64,000 nt of DNA from Longimicrobiales bacterium (GCA_965249725.1 CBDFMQ010000002.1:2176001-2240000), one strand, 5' to 3'; shown: positions 49,947-59,676, counted from the first letter of the stretch. Numbers and translations: made by a program. The notes: generated by a model from the letters alone, not told the origin.

Positions 49947-50534
49947 ATGAACCGGATCGCTGTATTTCTCACCGTGGGACTGGCACTGGCCGGACCCGAC
50001 TCGCTCAGAGCCCAGAGCGTCGATCTCTCGGACCCGCTGGCCACGGCGGTGCTGCCGCTGCCCCAAGATCTCAGAGAAGGCGCCACGATCATCGACCAGA
50101 CCGCTGAGTCGATTCTCAGACGTGGCAGCAACGGCTTCACCTGCCTCGCCGATGTTCCACACGACGACCGCCTCAGCCTCCAATGTCATCCGTCGGCCGT
50201 CGAGCCCTATATGCGCCGTGGGAGAGAGCTCTCCTCCGAGGGGATTCGCGGCAGCGAGCAACGCTCCGTTTTGGCCGCCGAAGTACGCACCGGACGACTG
50301 TACCTGCCGACGGGGGCCATGCTTCGCCTCATCTCCGGCCCCATCAACGTCGAAGTCGGCGTTCCGGACTCAGTGCGCGTCTGGTCCGAATTCCTGTTCC
50401 CCTTCGGCACCACCACGGAACTGGGAATCCCTGCTACGGATCAGGGCCTCGACCCTTGGATGATGCGGCCGGGGGACGTGGGTGCCCACGTGATGGTGCG
50501 GTATCGCTCAGTGCCGTGGAGCGAGATTCACTGA
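49947..50534 (+). CDS. Exported hypothetical protein
   Basis: RBS GGAGG, signal peptide, AVLPLP..LREGAT, LRRGSNGFTC and PWMM.PG...AHVM. Confidence 0.7.
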   Translation: MNRIAVFLTVGLALAGPDSLRAQSVDLSDPLATAVLPLPQDLREGATIIDQTAESILRRGSNGFTCLADVPHDDRLSLQCHPSAVEPYMRRGRELSSEGIRGSEQRSVLAAEVRTGRLYLPTGAMLRLISGPINVEVGVPDSVRVWSEFLFPFGTTTELGIPATDQGLDPWMMRPGDVGAHVMVRYRSVPWSEIH

Positions 50535-51132
50535 TCGCGCCCCAACACGGTCCAGGCGCGTTGCGATCAGGGCCGCGGGTTTCATGGCGTATCTCCTTTT
50601 GATACGTGGCTCGCACGCCCCGGCTCACGAGGTGCGTGAGGCTAGCGTGGAGCCGCTTCATCATCTGAATCTGCCCCGCGTGATACGTGTCATGCAGGAC
50701 GATGCCCGTCAGAAGGTCGCCGTACGTGTACTGACTCTGCTCGCGGCACGCGTCATCCAGGCGGGACGGATCGAAGCTCTGCATCGTCTCACGCATGATG
50801 TCGTGGTATTCACGCACGAGAGCCCGGTCCTTCTTCCAAGCCTCCGCAGTAATCTCTTCCGGAGGGTCCGGAAAGTCGGAGGGAGATCGCGGGAATCCAC
50901 CGTGGGGCGCTCCAGTCACCCTACGCCACACGGCATAGTTCCAGTACGCAACGTGCAGGGTCAGATTCCAGATGCTGTGCCGGTCCGGTGCAGGCTTCCA
51001 CGCCGCCGCCTCCGGTTTCACTCCGCGGAGCGCTCCGATCACGGTTGCCCCACCGTGCCAAAGCCTCGTTCCCGGCGGGGGCTCGAAGAGCCCGAGCGTC
51101 ATATCGAGTCTACGGTCTTCCACGGGTGCCAT
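50434..51132 (-). CDS. DinB family protein (true 3' end possibly near 50625)
   Basis: WHGG, HSIWNLTLHVAYW and HDTYHAGQI His triad; the tail overlaps the convergent gene and looks like read-through. Confidence 0.82.
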   Translation of the reverse strand: MAPVEDRRLDMTLGLFEPPPGTRLWHGGATVIGALRGVKPEAAAWKPAPDRHSIWNLTLHVAYWNYAVWRRVTGAPHGGFPRSPSDFPDPPEEITAEAWKKDRALVREYHDIMRETMQSFDPSRLDDACREQSQYTYGDLLTGIVLHDTYHAGQIQMMKRLHASLTHLVSRGVRATYQKEIRHETRGPDRNAPGPCWGAISESRSTALSDTAPSRGHPRPPAASSKGRGPDP

Positions 51133-51158
51133 CGCCTTCTCGGTGTCCCCTCGCGACC

Positions 51159-51734
51159 CTAGGCGTCGCTCGCATGCTTGGCTACCAACCTACGAACACT
51201 CGTCATGTTGCGCGTGGTGTTGGGAACCTTGCCGGTTGCCTTCGACACACCGGGCCCAAACAGCGGCGACTCACTGAGCTTGCCTCGTATGAGCCAATAG
51301 ACCTCACGGCCGTAGAACTGAAAGTCGTCTGTCGCGCTGCTCAGATCGCTGAACCGGTCCCGCATCTGGGCGTCGGGAGGGGCATGCAAGAACATCACAT
51401 ACAGTGAGTCCTCATCGCCCCGGCCCCACGGCGCGACCGGTTCGCGTTCGGCGACCGCCGCTAGCTCCGAGGGAGACCGAACGAAGGTCGCGACCTCATA
51501 GCCCAGCTGCTGATGGAGATGGGCCTCGATGTCTCGCTCCAGCGCGTCGGCATCCGTCGACGGCGCGCTGAAGATCACGTTGCCGCTGGCGATGAACGTG
51601 GCAACGTCCGAGAAACCGAGCTCTCCGAAGAGTTCTCGGAGCCGGTCCATCTTGACTCTGTGGCCTCCGACGTTGATCCCACGGAGGAGGGCGACATAGC
51701 GCTGCACGTCGTTCAGATCGCCTTCGCTAGACAC
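51159..51734 (-). CDS. DUF1697 domain protein
   Basis: YVALLRGINVGG, TFIASGNVIF, TTRN. Confidence 0.9.
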   Translation of the reverse strand: MSSEGDLNDVQRYVALLRGINVGGHRVKMDRLRELFGELGFSDVATFIASGNVIFSAPSTDADALERDIEAHLHQQLGYEVATFVRSPSELAAVAEREPVAPWGRGDEDSLYVMFLHAPPDAQMRDRFSDLSSATDDFQFYGREVYWLIRGKLSESPLFGPGVSKATGKVPNTTRNMTSVRRLVAKHASDA

Positions 51735-51864
51735 AATCGATGGCCGCGACCAACAGGACGGCGGCCGTCACGAGATTCACTGCCAGATCACGCATACGCA
51801 TTGGTGAGCCTCCTGTCGGTTGTTGATTGAACTCATCGATCGGTGGTGCCGCACGCAACAGCCC

Positions 51865-53007
51865 TCAACGCACGGCGAACTTCTGTACGCGCCGGCCCGT
51901 CGACGCCTCGCCTACATAGATATTGCCGTGGGAATCGACGCTCATGCCGTGGGGGCGCAGGAACTGGCCCACCTGGCGGCCGCCTCTGCCGAAGTCACCC
52001 ACCACCTCCATGTCCGCCCGCCGAATGATCCAGACCTTGTGGTTCGTACCGTCCGCCAGATAGAGCCACTCCTGCTGCGCATCGGGCGAAAATCCGATCA
52101 CGAAGGCCGACCCAGACGCACGCGTGAGCGGTGCGATGATCGTCTCATTCAGGTAAGTGCCGTCCTGCTCGAACACCTGGATGCGGTTCCCCCTCCGGTC
52201 CGCGACGTAGATCAAGCCGTCGTTCGATCCGATGAGCCCATGCACCGTTGAGAATTCGCGGGGCGGCGGTCCGTTCGGATCGCGATCCCCGAAGTCGTAA
52301 TCGTCGTCGGGCGCCTCGCCGTACGCTCCCCAGTGGCGGAGGTAGTTGCCGGTGTCGCCTTCGAAGACCACCACCCGGCGATTCCGGTAGCCGTCGGCGA
52401 CGTACACCTCATTGGTCTCCGGGTCCACCCAGATACCAGCCGGTCCTCCGAGGAGATCAGGATCGTTGCTCCCCGAATTCACGTCGTACTCACCCAGGGT
52501 CATCACCAGCTCACCCGTACGCGTGAACTTCATGACCCGGTGGTGCCGATAGGTACCGACCCAGACGAAGTCGTTGTGATCGACGAACAACCCGTGCGCG
52601 TTCCTGGGGAACTCCGAGACGTCCTGCGTGGCCGGATCTCCCCATCCCTGCACGACGTTCCCTGATGCGTCGAACTCGATTACGACGGGGGCAGGCACGC
52701 AGCAAGTCCCCAGAGGCGGGTCCTGCACGGCGGACGTCTCTTCCGGCGTGAGCGTCTCCGGGAGGTGCGTCACCCAAACATGGTCCGAAGCGTCGACAAA
52801 GACGGCGGTCACGGCTCCCATGATCCACTTGTCAGGCATCTTCCGGGGCCAAGAGGGGTCGACCTCGAAGGTCGGCACAGCCCCGTCGGTGGCGGAGGCC
52901 ATGGCGCCCGCATCCCCCGACTCCGAACCACACGCCCCGAGCGCCGGCAGGATCGCCAGCAGCAATAGGACCGCGAAGGCGGGCGGGGCGTCAGGAAATC
53001 TCTTCAC
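51865..53007 (-). CDS. NHL-repeat beta-propeller lipoprotein (PAL-like)
   Basis: RBS GGAGGAG plus GTG; lipobox LGAC; FEVDPSWP, YVADGYRNRRV, YVADRRGNRIQVF, HGMSVDSHGNIYVGE. Confidence 0.85.
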   Translation of the reverse strand: MKRFPDAPPAFAVLLLLAILPALGACGSESGDAGAMASATDGAVPTFEVDPSWPRKMPDKWIMGAVTAVFVDASDHVWVTHLPETLTPEETSAVQDPPLGTCCVPAPVVIEFDASGNVVQGWGDPATQDVSEFPRNAHGLFVDHNDFVWVGTYRHHRVMKFTRTGELVMTLGEYDVNSGSNDPDLLGGPAGIWVDPETNEVYVADGYRNRRVVVFEGDTGNYLRHWGAYGEAPDDDYDFGDRDPNGPPPREFSTVHGLIGSNDGLIYVADRRGNRIQVFEQDGTYLNETIIAPLTRASGSAFVIGFSPDAQQEWLYLADGTNHKVWIIRRADMEVVGDFGRGGRQVGQFLRPHGMSVDSHGNIYVGEASTGRRVQKFAVR

Positions 53008-53056
53008 TTCTCCTCCAGCGTGGCCCAGCACTGCGCCGGGCCTGACGGGTGACGGC

Positions 53057-53848
53057 CTACGCTTGCTCCGCCTTCTCGGCCGTCATCAGGACGGCCTTCA
53101 CTCCGTAGGCTTCGGCGGAGTTCTGTGTCGATTGCTTCCGGAACCGGAAGCGGGGAACCACCGCCGACTTTACGCGGCTGAACCCGGACTCTTCCAAGAG
53201 CCTGAACATCTCTCCTTCCAGGAGAGCGCCTCCGATTCAGGCAGCCCAGAGTTTGGGGTCGTTGACGATGTCCTGTGAGAGCTGTTTACCGCTGACGATG
53301 TCCGTTATGGAGATGCGCCCTCCGGGTCGCAGAACCCGGAACATCTCCTCCATCACCCGGCGCTTTCGAAACGACAAGTTGATGACCCCGTTGGAGATGA
53401 CCACGTCCACCGAGGCTTCGGGCAGTGGGATTTCCTCCATCCGACCTTCGTGGCACTCCATCTCCGAACCGGTGGCCGCGACATGAGCCTCGGCCTTCCG
53501 GCACATGGAGGGATTGAGATCGATACCGATCACCTTGCCCGTGGGCCCGACGCCCCAGGACGAGATGATGGAGTCGAGTCCGGCGCCGCTCCCCAGGTCC
53601 AGGACTGTCTCGCCTGGCTGGAGGTTGCTGCGAAGATGTGGGTTGCCGACTCCGGCGAAGGAGTCGACGGCTCCGGGGGGAGCCTGGTCGAGCCAGGCAG
53701 CGGGGTAGTCGAAGAGCTCGGCCGCTTGCCGGCCGTGAAAGAAATGGAACTCGCCTTCCGGATTGTCCGCCACATCCTGGTACATGCGGACGATCTCGTC
53801 CTTCAGGAATCCCTCGAGTGAGGCTTGGGCTTCGGCAGCGTCTGACAT
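53057..53848 (-). CDS. ArsM-like SAM-dependent methyltransferase, selenoprotein
   Basis: SFAGVGNP, VLDLGSGAGLD and VVISNGVINL. The frame continues through TGA (53237-53239) as LWAA-U-IGGAL...ESGF...AEAYGVKAV to TAG 53057; the TGA aligns with the ArsM W..C(I/V)GGA Cys. Confidence 0.85.
53210..53226 (-). promoter_or_regulatory. Putative SECIS hairpin (ArsM-like gene)
   Basis: Minus strand CTCTCCT-GGA-AGGAGAG, 10 nt after the in-frame TGA. Confidence 0.6.
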
Positions 53849-54045
53849 GGCGGTCCCTACAGGTCTAGAGCGGGCAATGGTGCACGCCACCCTACAATTC
53901 GGCCTGCCCGGGAGCAAGCTGCCAGCGCACGGGCCCATCTGTGCTCGCGGCGCCCACTGCGTCGATGCACTGGCGCTTGGAGTATCAGACGGCCGATCTT
54001 CTCCGCAGTCCCCGTGAGTAGGCACTCGACTTCACAGACAGTGAC

Positions 54046-55269
54046 ATGGCACGAGATCAGGACAAGCGACTAGCGGACAAGCGACTAGCGGACAAGCGAC
54101 TGGCGGACAAGCGACTGGCGGACAAGCGAAACGACGAGCAAGCGGACGCGACCGTACTGGCGCAGGCCGGCCATTCGTTCGATGAAGCGACGGGTGCGCT
54201 GGTCCCGCCGCTCTACATGTCGACCACGTTCGGTCGCGATTCCGACAACGAGCTGATCGGAGATTACCTCTACTCACGCTACCAGAATCCTACCGTGGAG
54301 CATGCGGAGGGGCTTCTGGCCGGGCTCGACGGGGGCGCGGACGCCATGCTGTTCGCTTCCGGACTGGCCGCGGTTGCCGCCGTTTTCGAGACCGTCGAGA
54401 GCGGAGGGCGTGTGGTCGCGCCCACCATCATGTATCACGGTGCCCAGGACTGGCTCTACCGGATCGAGAGTCGCCGGGGGATCGGCCTGACCCTGTTCGA
54501 CGCCACGGACCCCGACGCGCTCTCCCGGGCTCTGCAAGACGGCGAGACCTCGATCGTCTGGATCGAAACGCCCGTCAATCCGACGTGGGACGTCATCGAC
54601 ATCCGGGCCGCAGCGGATCTCGCGCACGCCGCGGGGGCGATCTTGGCCGTCGATAGCACCGTCGCGTCGCCCATTACGACACGAGCGCTCGAGCTCGGTG
54701 CCGATCTCGTGTTCCACTCGGCCACGAAATACATGAACGGGCATTCGGACATCTTGGCGGGAGTCCTCATCACGCCCGAGGTGAACGAACTGTGGGAAGA
54801 GCTCCAGCTGATCCGGAAACTCAGTGGTGGAGTGTTGGGCGCACACGACGCCTGGATGCTCATCCGCGGCCTACGTACGCTGCCCCTGCGCTTCGAGCGC
54901 GCCTCGACGAGCGCACTCGCGATCGCCCGTCATCTCGAGGGACACCCCAATCTGGAGGCCGTGCTCTACCCCGGGCTCGAGAGCCACCCCGGCCACGAAG
55001 TGGCCCGGCGCCAAATGACGAACGGATACGGCGCCCTCATGTCGATCCTGGTGAAGGGCGGCGCCGAAGAGGCCCTGGCCCTGACCGGCCGCCTGCGTGT
55101 CTTCCTGCGCGCGACTTCGCTCGGCGGCGTGGAGAGTCTCGTGGAGCATCGGGCCTCTGTGGAGGGTCCTCACAGTCAGGTGCCGCCCAACCTGGTACGG
55201 CTCTCGATCGGCATCGAGGACCCGGCAGACCTGATCGCGGACCTGGACCGGGCGTTGTCCGGGGACTAA
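54046..55269 (+). CDS. PLP-dependent trans-sulfuration enzyme (cystathionine gamma-synthase/lyase family)
   Basis: YSRYQNPT, FASGLAA, ETPVNP, HSATKYMNGHSD (PLP Lys), SLGGVESL, RLSIGIE. Confidence 0.92.
   Translation: MARDQDKRLADKRLADKRLADKRLADKRNDEQADATVLAQAGHSFDEATGALVPPLYMSTTFGRDSDNELIGDYLYSRYQNPTVEHAEGLLAGLDGGADAMLFASGLAAVAAVFETVESGGRVVAPTIMYHGAQDWLYRIESRRGIGLTLFDATDPDALSRALQDGETSIVWIETPVNPTWDVIDIRAAADLAHAAGAILAVDSTVASPITTRALELGADLVFHSATKYMNGHSDILAGVLITPEVNELWEELQLIRKLSGGVLGAHDAWMLIRGLRTLPLRFERASTSALAIARHLEGHPNLEAVLYPGLESHPGHEVARRQMTNGYGALMSILVKGGAEEALALTGRLRVFLRATSLGGVESLVEHRASVEGPHSQVPPNLVRLSIGIEDPADLIADLDRALSGD
54060..54129 (+). repeat. 15-bp tandem repeat (VNTR) encoding DKRLA, about 4.6 copies
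   Basis: ggacaagcgact(a/g)gc repeated four times plus a partial copy. Confidence 0.95.
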
Positions 55270-55270
55270 C

Positions 55271-55483
55271 TCAGGGCGCTCGCCAGACGGCCCTTCCCCC
55301 GACCATCACGAATCGCACGGCTTGCAGCGCTTCGATCTCCTGGGTGGGGTCGCCCTCTACCGCGATGATGTCGGCCAACCAGCCGACGCCGATGGTGCTC
55401 GGCGCTTGCGCGACGAGATTGGACGGGGGAAGGATGACAGCAAACGCTAAGAGTGCGGTGATCCACGAGATACATATGCGCAT
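55271..55483 (-). pseudogene. Internally deleted amidohydrolase: signal peptide joined to the C-terminal beta-sandwich
   Basis: MRICISWITALLAFAVILPPSNLVAQA is followed directly by STIGVGWLADIIAVEGDPTQEIEALQAVRFVMVGG. Confidence 0.7.
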
Positions 55484-55520
55484 TGGTACCTGTTGCCCTG
55501 AGAATGTCTCGTCCGGAATC

Positions 55521-55542
55521 GGGGGATAGCGGTCTATCCCCC
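55521..55542. repeat. Perfect hairpin
   Basis: gggggatag-cggt-ctatccccc. Confidence 0.6.
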
Positions 55543-55609
55543 CAAGCCCGGACAGCCATCCACGATAATACGTTGAGACGGCAAAGGGGCAGTGGGGGAG
55601 CCCTATCCC

Positions 55610-56933
55610 TCAGCGTATCGTCACCGGCACCGTTGCGTCTGCCCCACCCAGCGTGATGATGCAGATCGGACCTGTCGTTCCGGTGCATGGCCCGCCCCAC
55701 GTCAGACGATCATCAGGTGGAGCGGGGATCACACTGAGCGTGACCCCTGCGCCGATCGCGAAGGGAGCACTGGCGGAGGTACACTGCGGGCCGCAACTGA
55801 TCCGCGGAGGTTGGGGCGCGATCGCTGCGAATACGCCGGTTTCCGCACCGGGCCCCGCGGCCTGCCTCGACACGCTCACCGTCAGCGATACGGTCCCGGC
55901 AAACTGTCCATCGACGGTCCGGTCTCGGTTCATCGTAATCTGGCAGGTCGTGCTCGACTCCCCCGCGCAGGCCTCGCCCCACCCACCAAACGTGAATCCG
56001 TCGAGCGCCCCGGCGGTCAGGGTCACCGATTCGGTCAAGTCCCGAGTTGTGTGTAAAAGTGAGAGGAAGCTCCGATTCACCACCATCGACCACTGCTGAG
56101 CACGCGCCCGGACAGTCGATCCCGTGGCTAATAGCCGTCACCGACCCACCGGTGTTGACGGTGACCGTCAGATCGTGCACGGTGGTAAACGTGGCCGTCA
56201 CCGCACGCACGCCCGCAACCGCGAGTGCGCACGTTGCGGATTCCCGGAACTCACAGTCCCCACTCCATCCACCGAACCGCGACCCGAAGCTTGGCGTCGC
56301 GCGGAGCACCACGGGTCTCCCGCCCCGGTGCACTTCACACCGGACACCCTCGTCGGCAGCACAGCCCTGAATCGGACTGGCGGACGACGCCACATTCCCG
56401 CTGCCCGTCCCGGCCCTGCTGATCTCGAGCGTCCCGGTCGCGTCCACGGGGGCAACCGAGAATCCCGCATAGACGGTGTCGTGCTGGCCCGTGGTCATGT
56501 AGAACCGGCAGGTCTCGCCAGTCTCGTCGTCGCACTGTTGTGCCCAACCGCCGAACGAGCTGTTGCCGAGCGCGCTCGCCCTCATGTGCAGAGCGCCTCC
56601 TGGAACGCTCTCGCGCTCGTGTGTCAGTGTCACGCACGTGCTCGGACACTCGAGGTCTATTTCGGGCACGGTGACGGCTCCGCTGCCTTTACCAACCTTG
56701 ATGAGAGTGAGTGCAGGCCCTCCGTGGTCACAAGCCGTCAGGGGCAACAAGGCCAGGAAGAGGGTAAGGGTTGTCCGCCTGACTGCAACATGAGGCGAAC
56801 GCGTTTCTGATGGGGGGGCTCCAGTGCGCACGTCCACGGTGATTCTCCCTCCGAACAACGACGGGTAACTCCCACTCCCGATCCGCACCCAAAGCTTGGT
56901 AATGATATGGATCGGAGCCCGAAAGGGTGTCAA
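55610..56933 (-). pseudogene. Lipoprotein with four InlB-B/Flg_new-like repeats, disrupted by a 46-bp insertion (start uncertain)
   Basis: Lipobox LTAC; repeats of G.G.V...I.C...C...V.L.A...F.GW...C...C. Removing 56026-56071 joins the two ORFs as ...VDGGESVTLTAGA. Confidence 0.8.
56033..56071. mobile_element. Solo IS256-like terminal sequence flanked by a 7-bp direct repeat (ccgattc)
   Basis: ggtcaagtcccgagttgtgtgtaaaagtgagaggaagct lies between ccgattc copies at 56026-56032 and 56072-56078; resembles IS256-family inverted repeats (aagtcc...ttgtgtaaaagt). Confidence 0.7.
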
Positions 56934-57073
56934 GGATTGCGATCCTCCCTCATGCGAGATCCTTCAAGTGTCACCCCTCCCGGGGCCCGTTGTCCTCAGG
57001 GATTCGCTCCTCCGGGCGACACGCTCAGAGCGCGCCGGACCGTCCCTGCCTTCTCCGACGACACGACCACGAC

Positions 57074-57580
57074 GGATAGGCGATCCAAACGCGCTTTTTG
57101 AGTCCGGCACCCTGCTTGAGCGAGGCGAGATCCTCCCCTTGCAAGGCTGACCTCAGGCTAAGATGAACGCTCGTCGTCCGGCCATGCAAGGATCGGACGA
57201 TCGGATGCGTGGATGGGCAGGAGATGGTGAACGGATCCGACCCCGCGTGGGGGACGGCAGGTCCGTGGTCCGTCGGGCAGGTCACAGTCGGGTAGGGACT
57301 GATCGAATTCGAATTCCGGAATGGGTTCCGGATCGGTGGGGTCGAATTCGTCGGTCTGATCGAACGCGAACAGGCCCTGGGGTGGCGCCCGAGCGGGAGA
57401 CAGTGGAGGGGGTCGGGTGGGGAGATCGAGATAGGACAGAATGGAGCGAACGGGAACGGGATCGGTGACGAAGGCGATGATGCTCATCGAAGCACCGCAA
57501 GACGGGCAGACGAGAGGCAGCACGTCGTAGATACGCGCGATGAGGGAGGCCCAGCGCGAGACCAGTGACGAGCGGCCCTG
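57074..57580 (-). mobile_element. IS91/ISCR-family remnant: transposase C-terminus plus oriIS
   Basis: WASLIARIYDVLPLVCPSCGASMSIIAFVTDP...PARAPP...EFEFDQS; downstream GCGTTTGGATCGCCTATCC (57092-57074) resembles the ISCR oriIS GCGTTTGAACTTCCTATAC. Confidence 0.78.
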
Positions 57581-58553
57581 AGGGCGACTCCTGTTCAGGC
57601 GAGCATCCGAGCGTCTCAGTTGATGACCATCGTGACGTTCTGGAACCACGCCTCAGGCTCATGGAGGCCCACGGGCGTGGCGCCCATCCGTTCGGATGCC
57701 ATCCGTTGATGTCGGCGCCCCGCGGCTGGCGATCCGAGCCTTGCTCGATGAAGTCACCGTCGTTCAGGTGCCAACCCGGCATGTGCTCGAGCCACTCATG
57801 CGGCGGGATGCGTCCCATGCGGGGCCGTGCCGTCGGCGGCCCCGCGATCGTGCCATACCCCCAACCTACCAGCGACAGCTCGCCCTGGTATCTGGACGGA
57901 TCTCCACCGGTCGCGCCGAAGGCGTCGAAGAAGAGGAGCAGCGGGCCGTCGAGCCGGGGCGCCAGGCTGCTCCCCGTGGGATTGGCCACGATAACACCGA
58001 CCCCCTGAAGCTGCACGAAATGATGGGGGAGCGTCGTGTACCCGGCGGCCCCGACATCGGACCAGCTTCGGATGCCCCCGTACCGTAGGAGCACCGCACG
58101 CTGTGCCGCGATCAGGTCCGGCTCGGCACCCCCCGGGCAGCCGACCTGGAAGGCCTCCCCCCGCGGAGACCGACGCGCCTCGTTGCCGCTCGGCCCGACG
58201 ACGCTCCACTCCTGGAGGATTACGCGCCCGTGCTCGAAGCGGTCGTCTGCGGTTCGTGCGGTCCACACCTGTGGATCGCTCCCACTCCGCGTCGCCGAGA
58301 TCACGTTCGTCGGTGAGTCCCCGGCGAACCCCCGCGGCATCTGCCAACTGTAGCGCACATCGACGGAATACCCGGCGCCGAGCGCCGTGTCGCCCTGGGA
58401 GATACGTGCCCGGAACTGGTAGAGACCGGACACGACCTCCATCCCCGTCGATGCGTTGATTCGAAGCGGGTTCGCGTTGCCCCACGTACCTGGGCACGCC
58501 GCGAAAACGAACATCGAGGCCAGCGAGGCGAGAGCGCCGAATCGAGGCGTCAC
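57282..58553 (-). CDS. Hypothetical lipoprotein, 3' end probably replaced by the IS91 remnant
   Basis: RBS GGAGG plus GTG; lipobox FAAC; protein-like composition to ~57690, then low-quality read-through across the IS remnant. Confidence 0.55.
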   Translation of the reverse strand: MTPRFGALASLASMFVFAACPGTWGNANPLRINASTGMEVVSGLYQFRARISQGDTALGAGYSVDVRYSWQMPRGFAGDSPTNVISATRSGSDPQVWTARTADDRFEHGRVILQEWSVVGPSGNEARRSPRGEAFQVGCPGGAEPDLIAAQRAVLLRYGGIRSWSDVGAAGYTTLPHHFVQLQGVGVIVANPTGSSLAPRLDGPLLLFFDAFGATGGDPSRYQGELSLVGWGYGTIAGPPTARPRMGRIPPHEWLEHMPGWHLNDGDFIEQGSDRQPRGADINGWHPNGWAPRPWASMSLRRGSRTSRWSSTETLGCSPEQESPSGPLVTGLALGLPHRAYLRRAASRLPVLRCFDEHHRLRHRSRSRSLHSVLSRSPHPTPSTVSRSGATPGPVRVRSDRRIRPHRSGTHSGIRIRSVPTRL

Positions 58554-58781
58554 GGTGCTTACCTCCTCCGTTCTTGGACAAGGGGGGGCAGACCGAGCGT
58601 ACGGCTGCAGGCCACGGCTGGCGAACCGCTGCTCGACTTGGACAGGCTTCTCGACGGGGCGTACTCTGTCTGACAGTACGTGCAGATCACGTCGCAGCTC
58701 TTCGGCCTACTCTGGTTCGGGCTCTGGTGAAGCGCGCGTGGAGTGATCGGCCGCGGGTCGCCCGGCGGAGGGGGCCGCATC

Positions 58782-58925
58782 ATGACGCCCCTCGCCCTCA
58801 CCCTCATGCTGACCAGCATGGGTCTGGTTACGGCCCTCGAGATCTACTGCCTGTGGGGACTGCTGTCGCCGATGCGGGACCCAGCCTCCGGTGAGCCCGG
58901 CAAGACCCACGAGGAGACCGAGTAG
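58782..58925 (+). CDS. Small single-TM protein (possibly MetS-like NSS transporter small subunit)
   Basis: RBS GGAGG; MTPLALTLMLTSMGLVTALEIYCLWGLLSP...; preceded by a short LVKRAW-containing fragment. Confidence 0.35.
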   Translation: MTPLALTLMLTSMGLVTALEIYCLWGLLSPMRDPASGEPGKTHEETE

Positions 58926-58974
58926 GGCCTGTACCGATAGGCGTCAGCACAGAGCACCCCCTCGAGAACAACTT

Positions 58975-59676
58975 TCAGGTCTCCGTATTGTAGATCCGGA
59001 CCTCGCGCACCACGGCAGCAGGAGACAGCCGGAGCAGGAAGACCACTGCCTCGGCCACGTCGGCGGGGCGTATCATCTTCGGGCGCTCGGGGTCGTCCCC
59101 GTGCATCCTTGTGTCGACCTTGCCTGGGCAGACCGAGGAGACGCTCACGCCGAAGCGGGCCGCCGCCTCCCGGAGACTGTCGGAGAGCGCGATCAAGCCG
59201 CCCTTGGACGCGCAGTAGGCGCCGAATCCTTTTTGTCCTTCCCTTCCACCTAACGAGGCGATGTTGACGATCGCACCGCGACGGGCTTTGCGCATGAGCA
59301 GGAGACCGTGACGGGCAACGAGGGCCGGGCCAATCAGATTGACCCGGAGCATCTCTTCGAAGTGGGCCTGATCGGCCTTCACCAACAGCCGCGGCTCGCA
59401 GATGCCGGCCGCATTGACGAGGACGTCGAGATCGTCGTAAGCGTCGCGAAATCCGTCGAACAGGCTCGCGATCGATTTCTCGTCGGCCAGGTCGCAGAGA
59501 AAACCGCGAGCGTCCACCCCGGACTCGCGCAGCTCGCGGATGACATCTTCAAGCCGCTCCTCGGTCCGGCCGGTGATCGCCACCCGATACTCAAGCTGCC
59601 CGAGCCTGGACGCAACCGCCCGCCCTATGTCCCCTGAGCCTCCGACGACGAACGCTACCTGAGGCCTCTCGCTCAT
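58975..59676 (-). CDS. Classical SDR oxidoreductase
   Basis: GGSGDIG, VNAAG, NIAS, YCASK, CPGKVDT. Confidence 0.92.
   Translation of the reverse strand: MSERPQVAFVVGGSGDIGRAVASRLGQLEYRVAITGRTEERLEDVIRELRESGVDARGFLCDLADEKSIASLFDGFRDAYDDLDVLVNAAGICEPRLLVKADQAHFEEMLRVNLIGPALVARHGLLLMRKARRGAIVNIASLGGREGQKGFGAYCASKGGLIALSDSLREAAARFGVSVSSVCPGKVDTRMHGDDPERPKMIRPADVAEAVVFLLRLSPAAVVREVRIYNTET

Noticed and set aside
50434..50630. Long C-terminal extension of DinB and an RBS-ATG (MKPAALIA..., 25 aa) on the minus strand
   Set aside because: It overlaps the convergent gene and a hairpin. A one-base indel near 50630 or a gene stub explains it, and nothing supports a function.
54060..54129. Short direct repeats as a possible CRISPR array
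   Set aside because: The 15-bp units are contiguous with no spacers, and no cas genes are present.
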